Source: Nageia nagi
Taxonomy: Eukaryota > Plantae > Pinophyta
Assembly: GCA_050084985.1 (NCBI GenBank)
Contig: JBITNC010000001.1
Span: 158,720,001-158,784,000 of the forward strand
Direction of reading: 5' to 3'
Length of the DNA stretch: 64,000 bases
In this document: piece by piece, positions 26,420 to 37,639 of the stretch
How the letters are laid out: each line of letters begins with the position of its first letter
How positions within the stretch are numbered: the stretch's first letter is position 1
The notes under the pieces: model-generated
Database searches by the model: none
What the model saw: the letters and a program-made list of their open reading frames with translations, nothing else
What the model was told of the DNA's origin: nothing
Position numbers and translations under genes: made by a program

Positions 26420-29260
26420 TTTATTAAAGGATAAATTTTGTATTAATAAAAAAAGGATGAAGTTTATAAGGGACTTCACAAACCTTTACAAAATAGCTAT
26501 CTAAAAATAAGAGCATAATTTTGACTATTGCATTCTTCTTCATACTACTAATACAAAACAACACTTAGTCAGTGTATTTATATACAAAAAAGTAAGGTGA
26601 GCATAATTCCATCAATCAAATTTTATATTTTTCTTTACAAAAATTACTACTCCTTCATATATACTACCAGTGTTGAGACTATCCATTTGACAATCTAAGA
26701 CTTAAAAATAAAGGAAAACTTTAAAAGACCTCTAAACTAAACCATATCTTTTTATCCATGCTTATAGAATTAGGTGTACTTATTCATAGGAAAGATTTAT
26801 TTCAAGACCAAATTCTTTCCAATCTATTCGTATTCCTCACTCCTAGCTCCTTTTTTGAGTCTTACCTCTTCCAACATCTTTGTTCTCTTAAACCCTAGTG
26901 AGGGTTCTTTTTCTTATTATTTTTAGTGTGTCTAGCTTTGATTCCTTTCCCAATATTCCTTGGGGTCAATCTCCTAAATGGCTTGCACTACTCAAAGTTA
27001 TCTTCTCTTATAGGTGTTCTGCTAGATTAGGGATCCTCAACTTGAAAAACTCATTTATCTTTCTTATATTGAACTGGTTTGGGGATTATGTTCTTCCAAG
27101 TCTACCACTTGGAAACCTAAAAATTCTGTTGCATTATTTTTTGATGTCTCTTTCTTCTATATGACTTTCTTGGTTATTATGATGGATAAGCCTCTTAGTA
27201 TCTAAGAACTTCTTATGGTTCTTACTTGATGGGCTTCCTAAATCATTTGTTGGCTAGTGGTTCAATTATGTTGTTCTAGGCTTTTTATCTTATACCCTCC
27301 ATCACTCTAACTGCTATAATCTCCTTGTGTACTCTTTTTTCTCCTTATTATCGAAGAGAAGTTGCTCTCTTCAAACACATAAAGGAGTGCAATCTATGAA
27401 TAACATCCATGGGGTTCTCTAGTGGACCACTAGCCACTAGGCTAGGAGAGTTCCCTCATATATTTGGGGGTTCCATTCCTTTTTAAACTTCTTGGAAAAT
27501 TGCCCAATCATCTTGAGGTTTTACATTCATCTCCTCTTTTGGTCCTGCTTCTTGGCATTCTCCTTCTCCTCCTAACCCCTCATCACTCGATAAGTTCTTC
27601 TCTAAAATTAGCTTTCTCTTGATTTGATTGCTTCTCCTTGGCTTTTCCTATTCAAGCATCTTCAAAATTGGGTTTAGTTTCCTTCTCTTCATATCCTGTA
27701 CTTTGATTTTCACCTAACACTTATGTTTTTATAGAACTTTCTTTCTTTTAGGGCCTGCAATCTCCTTTCCTTTATTGTTATTGGCTCTTATTCTCCCTCC
27801 TTTCTTGCCCCATTTGGTTTTGATGGTCATGAGGCTATTAGCTACTTCAACCTCCTCTTACGAATCACTTTATGAATCACTTTGATATTTTTTATAATTT
27901 TTTTGAGATAAAAAAAAAATAGTGTTGCATAGCTATACATGAAATCAACAAAAATGTAGCTCCTATTCTATATATCATAGATCAACATAATCTAAATATA
28001 GATCATAACCAATCTCAACATAACATAGTTATTGAGACTAACACAACAATATAGATAAAACATAATGATTACAAAAAGAGACATCCTTTCTAGAACATAC
28101 AAAAAATAGTCATTCATTCTTCCTCTTTATACCTGCAACATATTCAACTAAATAAGAAGTAGAACCCTTAGCCATTCCCCTCTTTAGAGTCTTCTTATTT
28201 CTCTTTTCAATTGGTACAAGGCCATTAGCCATTTCCCTCTTTAGAGTCTTCTTTCTTCTCTTCTCAATTGGTCCAAGGCCCTTGGCCATTATTTTCTCAG
28301 GTCAAACTGATGGGTTAGGTCATCTTGGAATTTATCCTCTCAGTCAATGTTAAGGTGTAGTTTATCTTCCTTAATCCAAGCTAATATTTCAATCTTCTAA
28401 GGAATAATACATATCATTAAATCAAAAGAAACCTTAGGTCCCTTACTTGAAATTTCATCCTTAATACGCATAGGGGAGAGAGAATTAGGCTCCAAATTTC
28501 CATCCTTTGGATTCCCATTATCTTAAGCCTCAGGAGCTCCATCCTCATTTTCTTGCTTCTCTTATTTATCTTCATCCTCCTAGCAAGAATTAGGGGATAA
28601 TTCCTCCTTTTCCTAGATACTATTGGAGGGTTTACCACTCTTTCATTATTATCAATATCAATTGATTTCTTTACATCTAGGTTCCCCCTTTTGGAGGGGG
28701 ATTCCTTTTGGTTAACTACTTTCAATTTCTTATTAACATTGTTACTGCAAGAATCAACCTTCTATTTTTTGGCCTAAGGAGTGAGTACCTTGTGGGTAAT
28801 ATCTTTTATGCTAGATTGCTTATTCTTATATCATTTCTTCTAAATTATTGATCTCTTTCCCTTTTCCTTAATGGTAACCCTCTTAGCTAACCGCTAAGCT
28901 TGACTTTCAATAGTATTTTTATCCTTCATACCTTGCACATCTTCCATTTTTTATTCTTTAGTAAGAACATTAGCCTTCTAGATGGAGGCCATGGTAAGGT
29001 CATTGTTAGGAAATGGTAAATACAATGTGAGTGCTACTAGGGGGTATTTTTAATTTCATGTTTTTCTATTGGTATATTGGTAAGTCTTTTACAGAGGGAG
29101 GGGGGTAGGGGTATTTAAAATTAATGCAAAAAAATATATCGGTATTAAAGAAGGGGTTGGGGGGAGAGGGGGGTACATGGGAAGTGGGAGAATAGGTGGA
29201 GAATAAGGGGTGAGGTGTCAAGGTGATAGTAAGGGAGAGGGTTGGGGAGTGGGTGTTATA
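26420..29260 (-). mobile_element. Probable LINE-derived region (ORF1-like Lys/Arg-rich and Pro-rich relics plus a 3'-end-like tract)
   Basis: Plus-strand T-rich start at ~26420, low-complexity basic minus-strand ORF 28417-28725, and a Pro-rich minus-strand tract at 29095-29255. No diagnostic domain was recognised. Confidence 0.35.
28168..28290 (+). repeat. ~59-bp tandem duplication
   Basis: TAGCCATT(C/T)CCCTCTTTAGAGTCTTCTT...CAATTGGT(A/C)CAAGGCC occurs twice, plus a partial third copy. Confidence 0.85.
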
Positions 29261-30330
29261 TTCTATTTTGTAATCTAAATTTATTATAACTTTAAGTTAT
29301 CAAAATATCATCTATCTCAATAACCATTTTCTATTTTTTAATTAGGTAATTATAAACTCCTTCCAACTATTTTTTATCATAAATTGTTATAAGAAAGATA
29401 AATTCAAAAAATATTCTATGCATTTTTAAAAATATTATAAAAAATTGATACAAAATATATGATAACCAAAATATAAATTTTTATGAATAAAAATATTTTA
29501 TTCATTATAATATAAAAATTTATTATTATAAAAATATAATAAATATAAAAATAATGAATATGACTAAATGCTATGAAATGTATTTAATATGTTAGGTTGT
29601 TGAATCAACATAGGATTTGGGAAGATAGTTGAAGGGAGCATTAACTTGCAACTATGGTAGTGGCCACTATGCATGGTTGAAATTCAACATTAGTATTGAA
29701 CATTTTTAAATTTTAAACATTTTTATAACCATTTTTATTTTTGAACAATCACATGAAAATTACACATATATTACCATAAAAAAATACATATATAATAATA
29801 AAAAAATTAAAGTAATTATTAATTTTTTAAAATATATATTTATGATATTAATATTTGTATATTTAACTTATTTAAAATATTTATATCTAATCTAAAATAA
29901 TTTTATTGTGCCGAATGTGTTTGCTTTGATAGAAAAGGGTTTTGATTAGAGGGTTTTTTTAAAGCTAGATTCCTCAAAAAATAGTTATTTTTAGGATTTC
30001 TAAAATAATTTGAGTAAAATATTTTTCTAAATTACCAAAATATTATAACAGTACATTTTGTTCCCTGGTTAAATAGCCAAAAATATAAAATCATTTAAGA
30101 AAAATGAAATTGAAATAGCCATCTTTTAGAAAGTAAGAATTAAAATTAAAATTAAAATAGCCAAAAAATTATAATTAAAAATTGTTAATAATAAAAAATC
30201 ATCTAAATTTTATAACTAAGGTATATAAATAGCCAAAATTTAATAAGTAAATTAAGAGAGTAAGGAATAAATTTTAATGTTTGTGTTGAGTATCTAGCAA
30301 GCAAGTTGAAGAATTAGGGCTTCAACCAAA

Positions 30331-30531
30331 ATGGCCCTCACTTCAAACCCTAGTATTGTGTTTCCCAGGCTTGGAATTTGAGGGAGATGGAAGGTTGAGG
30401 GGAAACCTCGCCGCCGTCGGGTTTTTTCTGCTCAAAGAATGCTTCTCCTCCCACAGCAAAGGAAATTGGTGCCATAACATCGAAGCTTCGTCCCCTTCTT
30501 CAGTTAAAGAATTATTCTGCTCCAAATTCAA
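30331..30531 (+). pseudogene. Putative orphan first exon of an unidentified gene (transit-peptide-like)
   Basis: AAAATGGCC start context, telo-box AAACCCTA at ~30345, CpG-rich. Reads MALTSNPSIVFPRLGI*GRWKVEGKPRRRRVFSAQR, then a donor-like GTCAGT and a T-rich tract. Confidence 0.3.
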
Positions 30532-31096
30532 GTCAGTTTTTCTTTATTTTAATTTTCTGCTAGGTTTTACAGTGATTATAGCCATTAATATTCAAACACA
30601 TGCATTATTTTAGACCATTGAATATGAGGGACGACTAAGGGTAAAGAAAGCACTAGTCCATTCATAATACCAAATGCTTACCTGCTATATCCATCGAAGA
30701 GAACGTAAGAGAAGGCCAACTATCCACGCATTAACAACTTCTAGAAATCTATTATCTACATATAAACAACCAGAAATAATGAATTTATTAAAACTCTCCT
30801 ATTTCAGTTTGGCGAAATCTTAGAATGCTGATATACGTGAAAAGAGCTTGAGATTGACCAGCTTCCTTCTAGTTGTCGGAGGAAGAGGCAAACAAGAAAC
30901 TCTAATCCCACCTACAGTTACTATAGAGAGGGAATTCTAGATTTTGTCTATTATAAATTAATCAACACAGAATAAATATGAAGAGAGTAATTATGTCAAC
31001 TCAAACTAAACCAAACAATGCTATTATTTCACTTGAATAGCACAACTCGAGAAGTAAACTCGACAGGATAACTGGTAAATGACTCATTAAGATTAC

Positions 31097-31306
31097 CTCA
31101 AGGGCAGTAGCCTTGGTAGTAAGAATCTGAAGGTCATAGACTGATTTTTCGGTAAATTCCTTAAACCTTGCATTTTCTTCAGTAAGAGACTGAATTCGAC
31201 CCAAGCATTGATCTCTTTCTTCTGTCATATGCTGCATTTCTCCATGAATCCTTTCAAGCTCTTCATTTAATATATTTCTTTGTTTTGTTGCTTGAAGTAT
31301 AGTTTC
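31097..31306 (-). CDS. Kinesin-14 stalk exon 5 (70 codons)
   Basis: Acceptor TAGCAG, open frame ETILQATKQRNILNEEL...TTKATALE, donor GTAATC. Confidence 0.85.
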
Positions 31307-31523
31307 CTGCTAGAGTAAAAAATAGCGAATTGACAATCTTGTATCATATGTATAATCTATTTAATTAGTCTCAATTGCTACTAGCAACAGAAACAACCAT
31401 TGAATTCAACAAAATCGAAATAATAATTGAAGCAGTAAAAGAAAACACCAGCGTAATAGACAGAGAATCATATCTAAACTAATAATAAAATCACAACTAC
31501 AAAACCAACCCCGTTATACTTGC

Positions 31524-31727
31524 CTTGCAACTCTCTAGCTGTGTCTGGAAAGCAGAAGCACTACCTCGCACAAAACTAAGAGTTTCTACAATAGACGCTT
31601 TCTCTTGCCTTATCTTCAAATTTTCTTTTGTTCCAGTTGCACCATCGGTTTGCAACTTGCTATTGTACACTTGTAGACTTGTATTGTACTCCGTCAACCG
31701 TTTGTTGATATCACGTAGAGATTTTAT
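31524..31727 (-). CDS. Kinesin-14 stalk exon 4 (68 codons)
   Basis: Acceptor TTTCTTTTAAG, open frame IKSLRDINKRLTEYNTSLQVYNSKLQ...QLESCK, GC donor GCAAGT. Confidence 0.85.
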
Positions 31728-33525
31728 CTTAAAAGAAATTCAATACAATGATCAGTGTAAAACATAAACATGAGCCTTGGTATGGTAACAGTGAAGTCTG
31801 ATTGGATATAGGGAATCATAAAACACAAGAGGAACGGAGTGTGTATGCACCTCATGGGTTGAAACTGAAACATCATTCCTGAGCTTATCAATCTCATTAG
31901 TAATCTTAATTCGTTCTTCGCCAGCACTGTGCAACGCCTTTTAGTCCTTTTCATGTTCCATTAGGATTTCCTAAACATAGAAATATTTCAAATTAAATGC
32001 AAGACTCGAGGAAAATGCAAAACTCCATGTAGTTCACTAAATAGGAAAAGCCAATCTAAAATAATTGAATAGCATTATGAAAACAAAATGAAAGCCAAAA
32101 CCCGACAAGTTAAGCAAAGTAAAAAACCTTATTTCTAGCATTGCTTGCTGCTACTTCCCTTTCCAGAAACAAGCATCTTTGCTTTAGCTGTGTCAGTTCA
32201 TTATGTAGCTTTTCCTTTCTCAAAATGATGCTTAAAAAGTAGGCGACAGTAAACAAGCAGAGTATTTACAAAAAAAGAGGTATGAACAAAAAAAATTAAC
32301 AAGAGCTAATAAACATAAGAACAATTCCATCCAGCAACAGAAAAGCCTCCCCTAAGTCAATAGTACCTGTCAGGAGAATCTTCCATAACAAAGTGGTTTT
32401 TGATGATGAAAGTAAAGGAATCCTCCATATTTTCAGACGTAGTAGGTTAAGTTATTTTATAGTTAGTAGAAAAAATCTTTTAATCATAAATTTGTACTTA
32501 TGTATCTTGTACGGAAGAGATATCGGTATCTATTTACTCTCCAATTTCCTAAAATGAACTCCCAGGTTTTGTGTATTGTGCATGGTGCCAAATCAGCATG
32601 AAACATTTTTAAACTCTACTTTAAGATATTTAAACTTATAAATTAATTATGTTAATATAAGATTATCTTATGTATTGTGCACAACATTTTTCTTTTTAAT
32701 TAAATTTAAGATAAAAATATCCTATACAATAGAATTTGTACATATCTAATTTATAATTATAAATTATATTTTAAAATTTTTAAGATTTAAATTATATTTT
32801 GAAGTTATTAAGAGTTATTAAGTTTAAGATTATTTAGTTGTATGATCTTTATTTATGATTTTTTTTTTTTAAATTACAAAATATTTTTATGCAAATTTAT
32901 TATTTAAAAAGTTTGAATAAATATATTTTTGTTTAAGTGAATTAGTATAATTATAAATTGATTTTATGTTTTCAAATACATAAAATTAAATAGTATTAAT
33001 GTAAAACTATATCAAAAATACCTTTAAATTTTATTGGCTTCAAAGGTTTAGGATATTATTTAAAATTTATGAGAATATATTTATTTTCATATTTCATATG
33101 TATTTTTATATCTATTTAGGTGAGATACTCTTGAGTTGATGGACTTCTATTATATGTTGAATGGATTGAGATTTTAATTAATCTCAAAACTTAATAAAGC
33201 TCTCATTATTTATTTTCTTTCTATTTTAAAGAAAATAATAAATGGTGAATGATCATAGAATGGAAGAATATCCATTTCAAATTACTAGAAAGATAAAATA
33301 AAAATATGATAATATTTTAACAATATAATTTTACATTTTTAAGAAAAGAAAAGAAAATAAGTTGTAGGCATGGATATTACAATAAATCATATTGTAATTT
33401 ATTAATTATGCATTTATCATTTTTATTATAAACATTCATTATTATTTATCATTTTTTTATCAAGTAGAATTTAGTATTACATTATGTTGATTATATTAAA
33501 CCTAAATAAAGTATTGATATAATAC

Positions 33526-35330
33526 AATTGGTATGTTAATCACCTTAATATAATAAAATCTCCACCTCATAAAGAGCCATATCTCGTACTTGGCATGTAT
33601 TGTCATCCCCTATTATATCAAACTACCCTCTAAGGTGATATTTTTCTTGTGATACTTCCCCTTCTCACTAGCTCATTTGGAACCTCTCAAACATAGCTCA
33701 TAAATGGTTCTTCTCTAACCTCATCCTTGATATATCCATTAAAAACTATCTTTCTGGTATTGAAAAATATATTTAGTTGAACAACACACTCCTTATTATG
33801 TTCTCCCTACCATGTCAAAATTATCTCATCTAGTGCTATTATAGATGCCCCTATGTCCCTTATTGAAATAAGTTGGTCCATTTATAAATGCTTAACTAAT
33901 TGCATGTTGATATTCCCCTCCATCTTATTAATAGCATTCTACTTATTTGAACTAATAGATATTTGAACCCCCACCATTGATACAACTACTAATCCATAGG
34001 TTCAACTACCCTATGAACATGGGGATGAGACCTATAATCCTTGAACCATGTATCCATATTTTAGTATAGCCCTAACTTCAATTTGTCCTAGGCTTTGAAT
34101 AAAGGAATCATCCTTCTCCCCAATATCTATGTATTATACTTGGGGATGTCCATCCTTTATTGTTCAACTATAAATCATAGATACTTGTGGTGTTCCACGT
34201 TGAATCTCAAACTATTCGAAAACTTGGGTATACAAAAAAATCAAGTTCTCAAGGTATTTATACCATGAACTAACTCTCCTATGATGCCCATTATAATTGT
34301 ACTTCATCCTCTTTGTAACTAACAAAATCACTATATGGATGTCATATAATCTGATCCATATTCAACTTGTACTTAATTATTGTTATTAATATTCTAAGTG
34401 TTGCTTGTACTTCATATGTTGGAATTACTTCTTATTATGTAACTAGAATAATGCACAAGGAGCATATAAATGCTCTCCATGAGCATTATAAATATATCAT
34501 GAGGTAATGACAATATTCTATGCTCTCATGTCCATACCTATATTAGAAAGATCATGCTAATTTCTAATCTTAATCTTCATACTACCTAATATAAGTCTAA
34601 ATAAGTATGCAGCAATAGAGCTAGCCTGAAGTAAAAATTACCCCCTTCTTTACCATATCCATCATCACTTTTCCCAACTCTTATAAATGTGTATAACCAA
34701 AAGGGTTTATAAGAATACAATTAGATATTAGAAAATGCAAAAATATTGTTATGTAATAGGAAGGATGTATGGTGTTGTGACTGCTAACTATATTGTAGTA
34801 GTTATGTTTTGTGTGTGCAATCCTAGATATTCAAGTTTATGTTCCAATGTTGAAGCTTAGGGTTTTTTTCATTCTTTTTTGGAAAGTATGCCTTTAGAAA
34901 AATGTAGCTTTGCATAGTGACTTTGTGAAATTTATTTATGACAAATACAAAGAATAATGAAGCATATTGGATTGTAATCATTTTGGATAGAATCTGAGCT
35001 TGAAGCTGATATCTTATAAAGCTTTTTGGAGATCCATTAAAACTCCAAATTTTTTTATTAATACAAAATTAACCCATTAATAAAAAAATTATTAGGTGAA
35101 AACTAGAGCCTAACTCATATAATTATTGGTATCTAGAATCTCTTCATTATATAAGAATACAATCTACTTGATCACCAAACATTTTTCATATGAAATCATC
35201 CATTAATTAGATGTTTGTAACAATTTAAACATGTTATCCTTTAATTAATATTATATAAAATACACCATATATCCTCCAATATAATAGTTATTCCATCTAT
35301 TAAAACATGAAACTTATTAATATTTCCATA
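33526..35330 (-). repeat. Left arm of a ~1.8-kb inverted repeat (inverted PMD relic)
   Basis: Reverse complement of 37745-39554, for example ATGTTAATCACCTTAATATAATAAAATCTCCACCTCATAAAGAGCC vs GGCTCTTTATGAGGTGGAGATTTTATTATATTAAGGTGATTAACAT. Confidence 0.97.
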
Positions 35331-35431
35331 TGAATAAAATACATACCAATTTTAATATTATATAAAATACACCATATATCCTCCAATATAATGGTTATTT
35401 CATCTATTAAAACCTAAATAAAGTATTAATA

Positions 35432-37015
35432 GGAAGGGACTTTAAGCATGGTCTTTCTAAAAGTATTAAAATATCCATATCTTTCATGGGATCCACTTTC
35501 TAACAAACCATCACATTTTGCTCGAAAAAAGCTCTCACAGTCATCCTTAAAATTTCAGCAACCGATCGACTATAATTTTGAATATTCAAAAATTTCCCTC
35601 TATCCAAAAATTCCAACAAACATAAGTGGAAAGCATATGCTATATCATTTTTAATTTTTTTTTTTATCCCAAAAGCCTAAATCCTATTGCTCGATGATAT
35701 TAGCTGCAGACTTGGGCCTAATAGTTTGAATTTCAATCCTTTATATAATTTCATCCCAAATTACCTTAACAAAGTTACAATAGATAAGTAGGTGATTCAT
35801 CGAATCCTCCTTAACTTCACATATAAAACACCAATTTGGAAATATCGTCCTCTTTCATTTTGAGTTATCATTGGTATGAATTCTATTTAGAACAGAAACC
35901 CATGTAAAATAGGAGATTTTAGGAATTAGATTTTTATTCCAAAATTTAGCCCATATCTTGCTTGATTATCCTTTTCATTCGTATTCAGCCAATCATAAAT
36001 AATTTTAGCGCATAATTTTTATTAGCTCCCTTTATAATTAATCCAAAAATGGTTATCAATCTTATTAGCGAGGAAAATCATATAACATTTCAATTTTCTT
36101 AGAAGAATCTACAGCTTAGTTAAAGTTTCAGGGTGAGGAGCCTGAGGGCTCTTCCAGGAGACCTTATTACCTTCCCTTAATATAATTATATACTTTCCTA
36201 CCAAAAATGGATTTAGACCAAATCATATAAAGTTGCCAATCATTTTGTTGAGCCAGAGGGATTCTATCAGTCTAGGGGTTGTCCCAAAAAATACCTTACT
36301 ACCATTACTAACATCCCATTCAGAGTTTTCCTAAATGGAGTCTAGATAACTTTTAGTATTCGATTCCAAAAAAATAGTCATTTGGAGGATTGGAAACCCC
36401 AAGGAAGCTATTATCTCCCTCCAAGTATTTATGTCTATATGTATTAATCCATTCTTTATCTTCTTCACTTCCTAATTTCCAAACTATCTTAATTCTCATA
36501 GCTTGATTAACCCACTAGATTTACCTAATTCCCAAACCTCCTTCCTTCTTTCTGCATACTCTATTACAAGCCACAAGAGTTAGTCATTTCTTTTCTTCCA
36601 CACCAATCCAGATGAGATGCCCACAAATTCAATCAATTTTGTGTGCCACTAGAGCAAAAATTTTAAAGATGTTTTCCATGTAAATAGGAATACTCTAGAG
36701 AGTAGATTTTAGCAGCTGAATTTTTCCTGCCAAACCCAATAGAGCCCCTTTCGAGTGTTCAAATTTTTTCTCAAAACTATTGGTCACTCCTCTCTAAAAG
36801 TCTTTGTTCATTATTCATCCAAACAAAGGCATCCCTAAATATACAGAGGGAAGAGCATCAATCTTACACTAGAATATATTAATAATGGAATCCTACCTCC
36901 AACTTGACATATTGAAGAAGAAAGTTTTTGTCTTATTATAGTTGATTTTTTTTATTTGATGCCTTCTCATATATGTCCAAAATTCCTTTAAACTTCTAAT
37001 CTTCCCATATGCTAT
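35432..37015 (-). mobile_element. L1-type LINE ORF2 C-terminal fragment (post-RT region and zf-RVT)
   Basis: Minus-strand LPSVYLGMPLF, KGALLGLAGKIQLLKSTL*SIPIY, GGLGIR, CFICEVKEDSMNHLLIYCNFVKVIW and CWNFWIEGN. Confidence 0.9.
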
Positions 37016-37639
37016 GTTTCAGCCAATTTTCAGTCTTTCCCATTCCTTAGCAATGCAACAAAGAAAGTTTCTTTGTAATCCAGTCGTTAGCTTTTTGCGT
37101 GGAAATAAATCGAAGAAAAAGAGGGTGAGGTGCAGAGGTGGGTGCCTGAAAAGCCTGCAAATGTGGTAAGGTTTAGCTTTAGTGACGCACCACAACTGCA
37201 CAATGCACGTCCAAAGCACAGCAATGTTGTCAGGAAAGACCCCAAGATGTTGCTTCCACGTCTCCGTCTCCAATTTCTTTAAAGAAGATTTCAAGATGCA
37301 TCATTTTCAAATAAATAAATTTTGATTATTTAATTTAATAATTTTTTTTTGATCTTAATCTAAACTTTAGGATTTAAAAAATTAGCATGCGTAATAGAGT
37401 TCAAATTAATATTGTAGATAATATGAGGTGCAAAAGTTGCTTGTGAGGAGAGTGGATATCCCCAATAAAATAAATAGTCAACTATGGTTTAAAGTGTGTA
37501 GGTTGTTATGTGCATTGATGTTGTTGGATTTGATAGTATATTTTAATTATTGGTTTTTGGGTGTACGATATTTAGTCAATAATATTATGATACTATGCTT
37601 TCAAATTTATTTCAAGATGTTAGAAGATGTTTTTTATGT

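Larger units (their letters stand above)
31097..32428 (-). pseudogene. KIN14C: Kinesin-14 (ATK1/KatA/KIN14C-like) coiled-coil stalk fragment with 5 exons, an in-frame TAA in exon 3 and no motor domain in the window
   Basis: Exons 32428-32367, 32230-32128, 31970-31851, 31727-31524 and 31306-31097 splice in frame (699 nt). They encode IKSLRDINKRLTEYNTSLQVYNSKLQTD (family motif ..KRLQEYNTSLQ.YNSKLQ.D) and EERDQCLGRIQSLTEENARFKEFTEKSVYDLQILTTKATALE. The symbol indicates the family and is not a proven orthologue. Confidence 0.85.

Noticed and set aside
31001-31096. Hydrophobic C-terminal tail on the kinesin ORF as a membrane anchor
   Set aside because: It lies past a canonical GAG|GTAATC donor and is best read as intron read-through.
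37019-37294. 91-aa minus-strand ORF, or MGKTENWLK as an IQD-like N-terminus
   Set aside because: The ORF has a non-ATG start and no domain. The nine-residue resemblance is too short and runs into LINE sequence.
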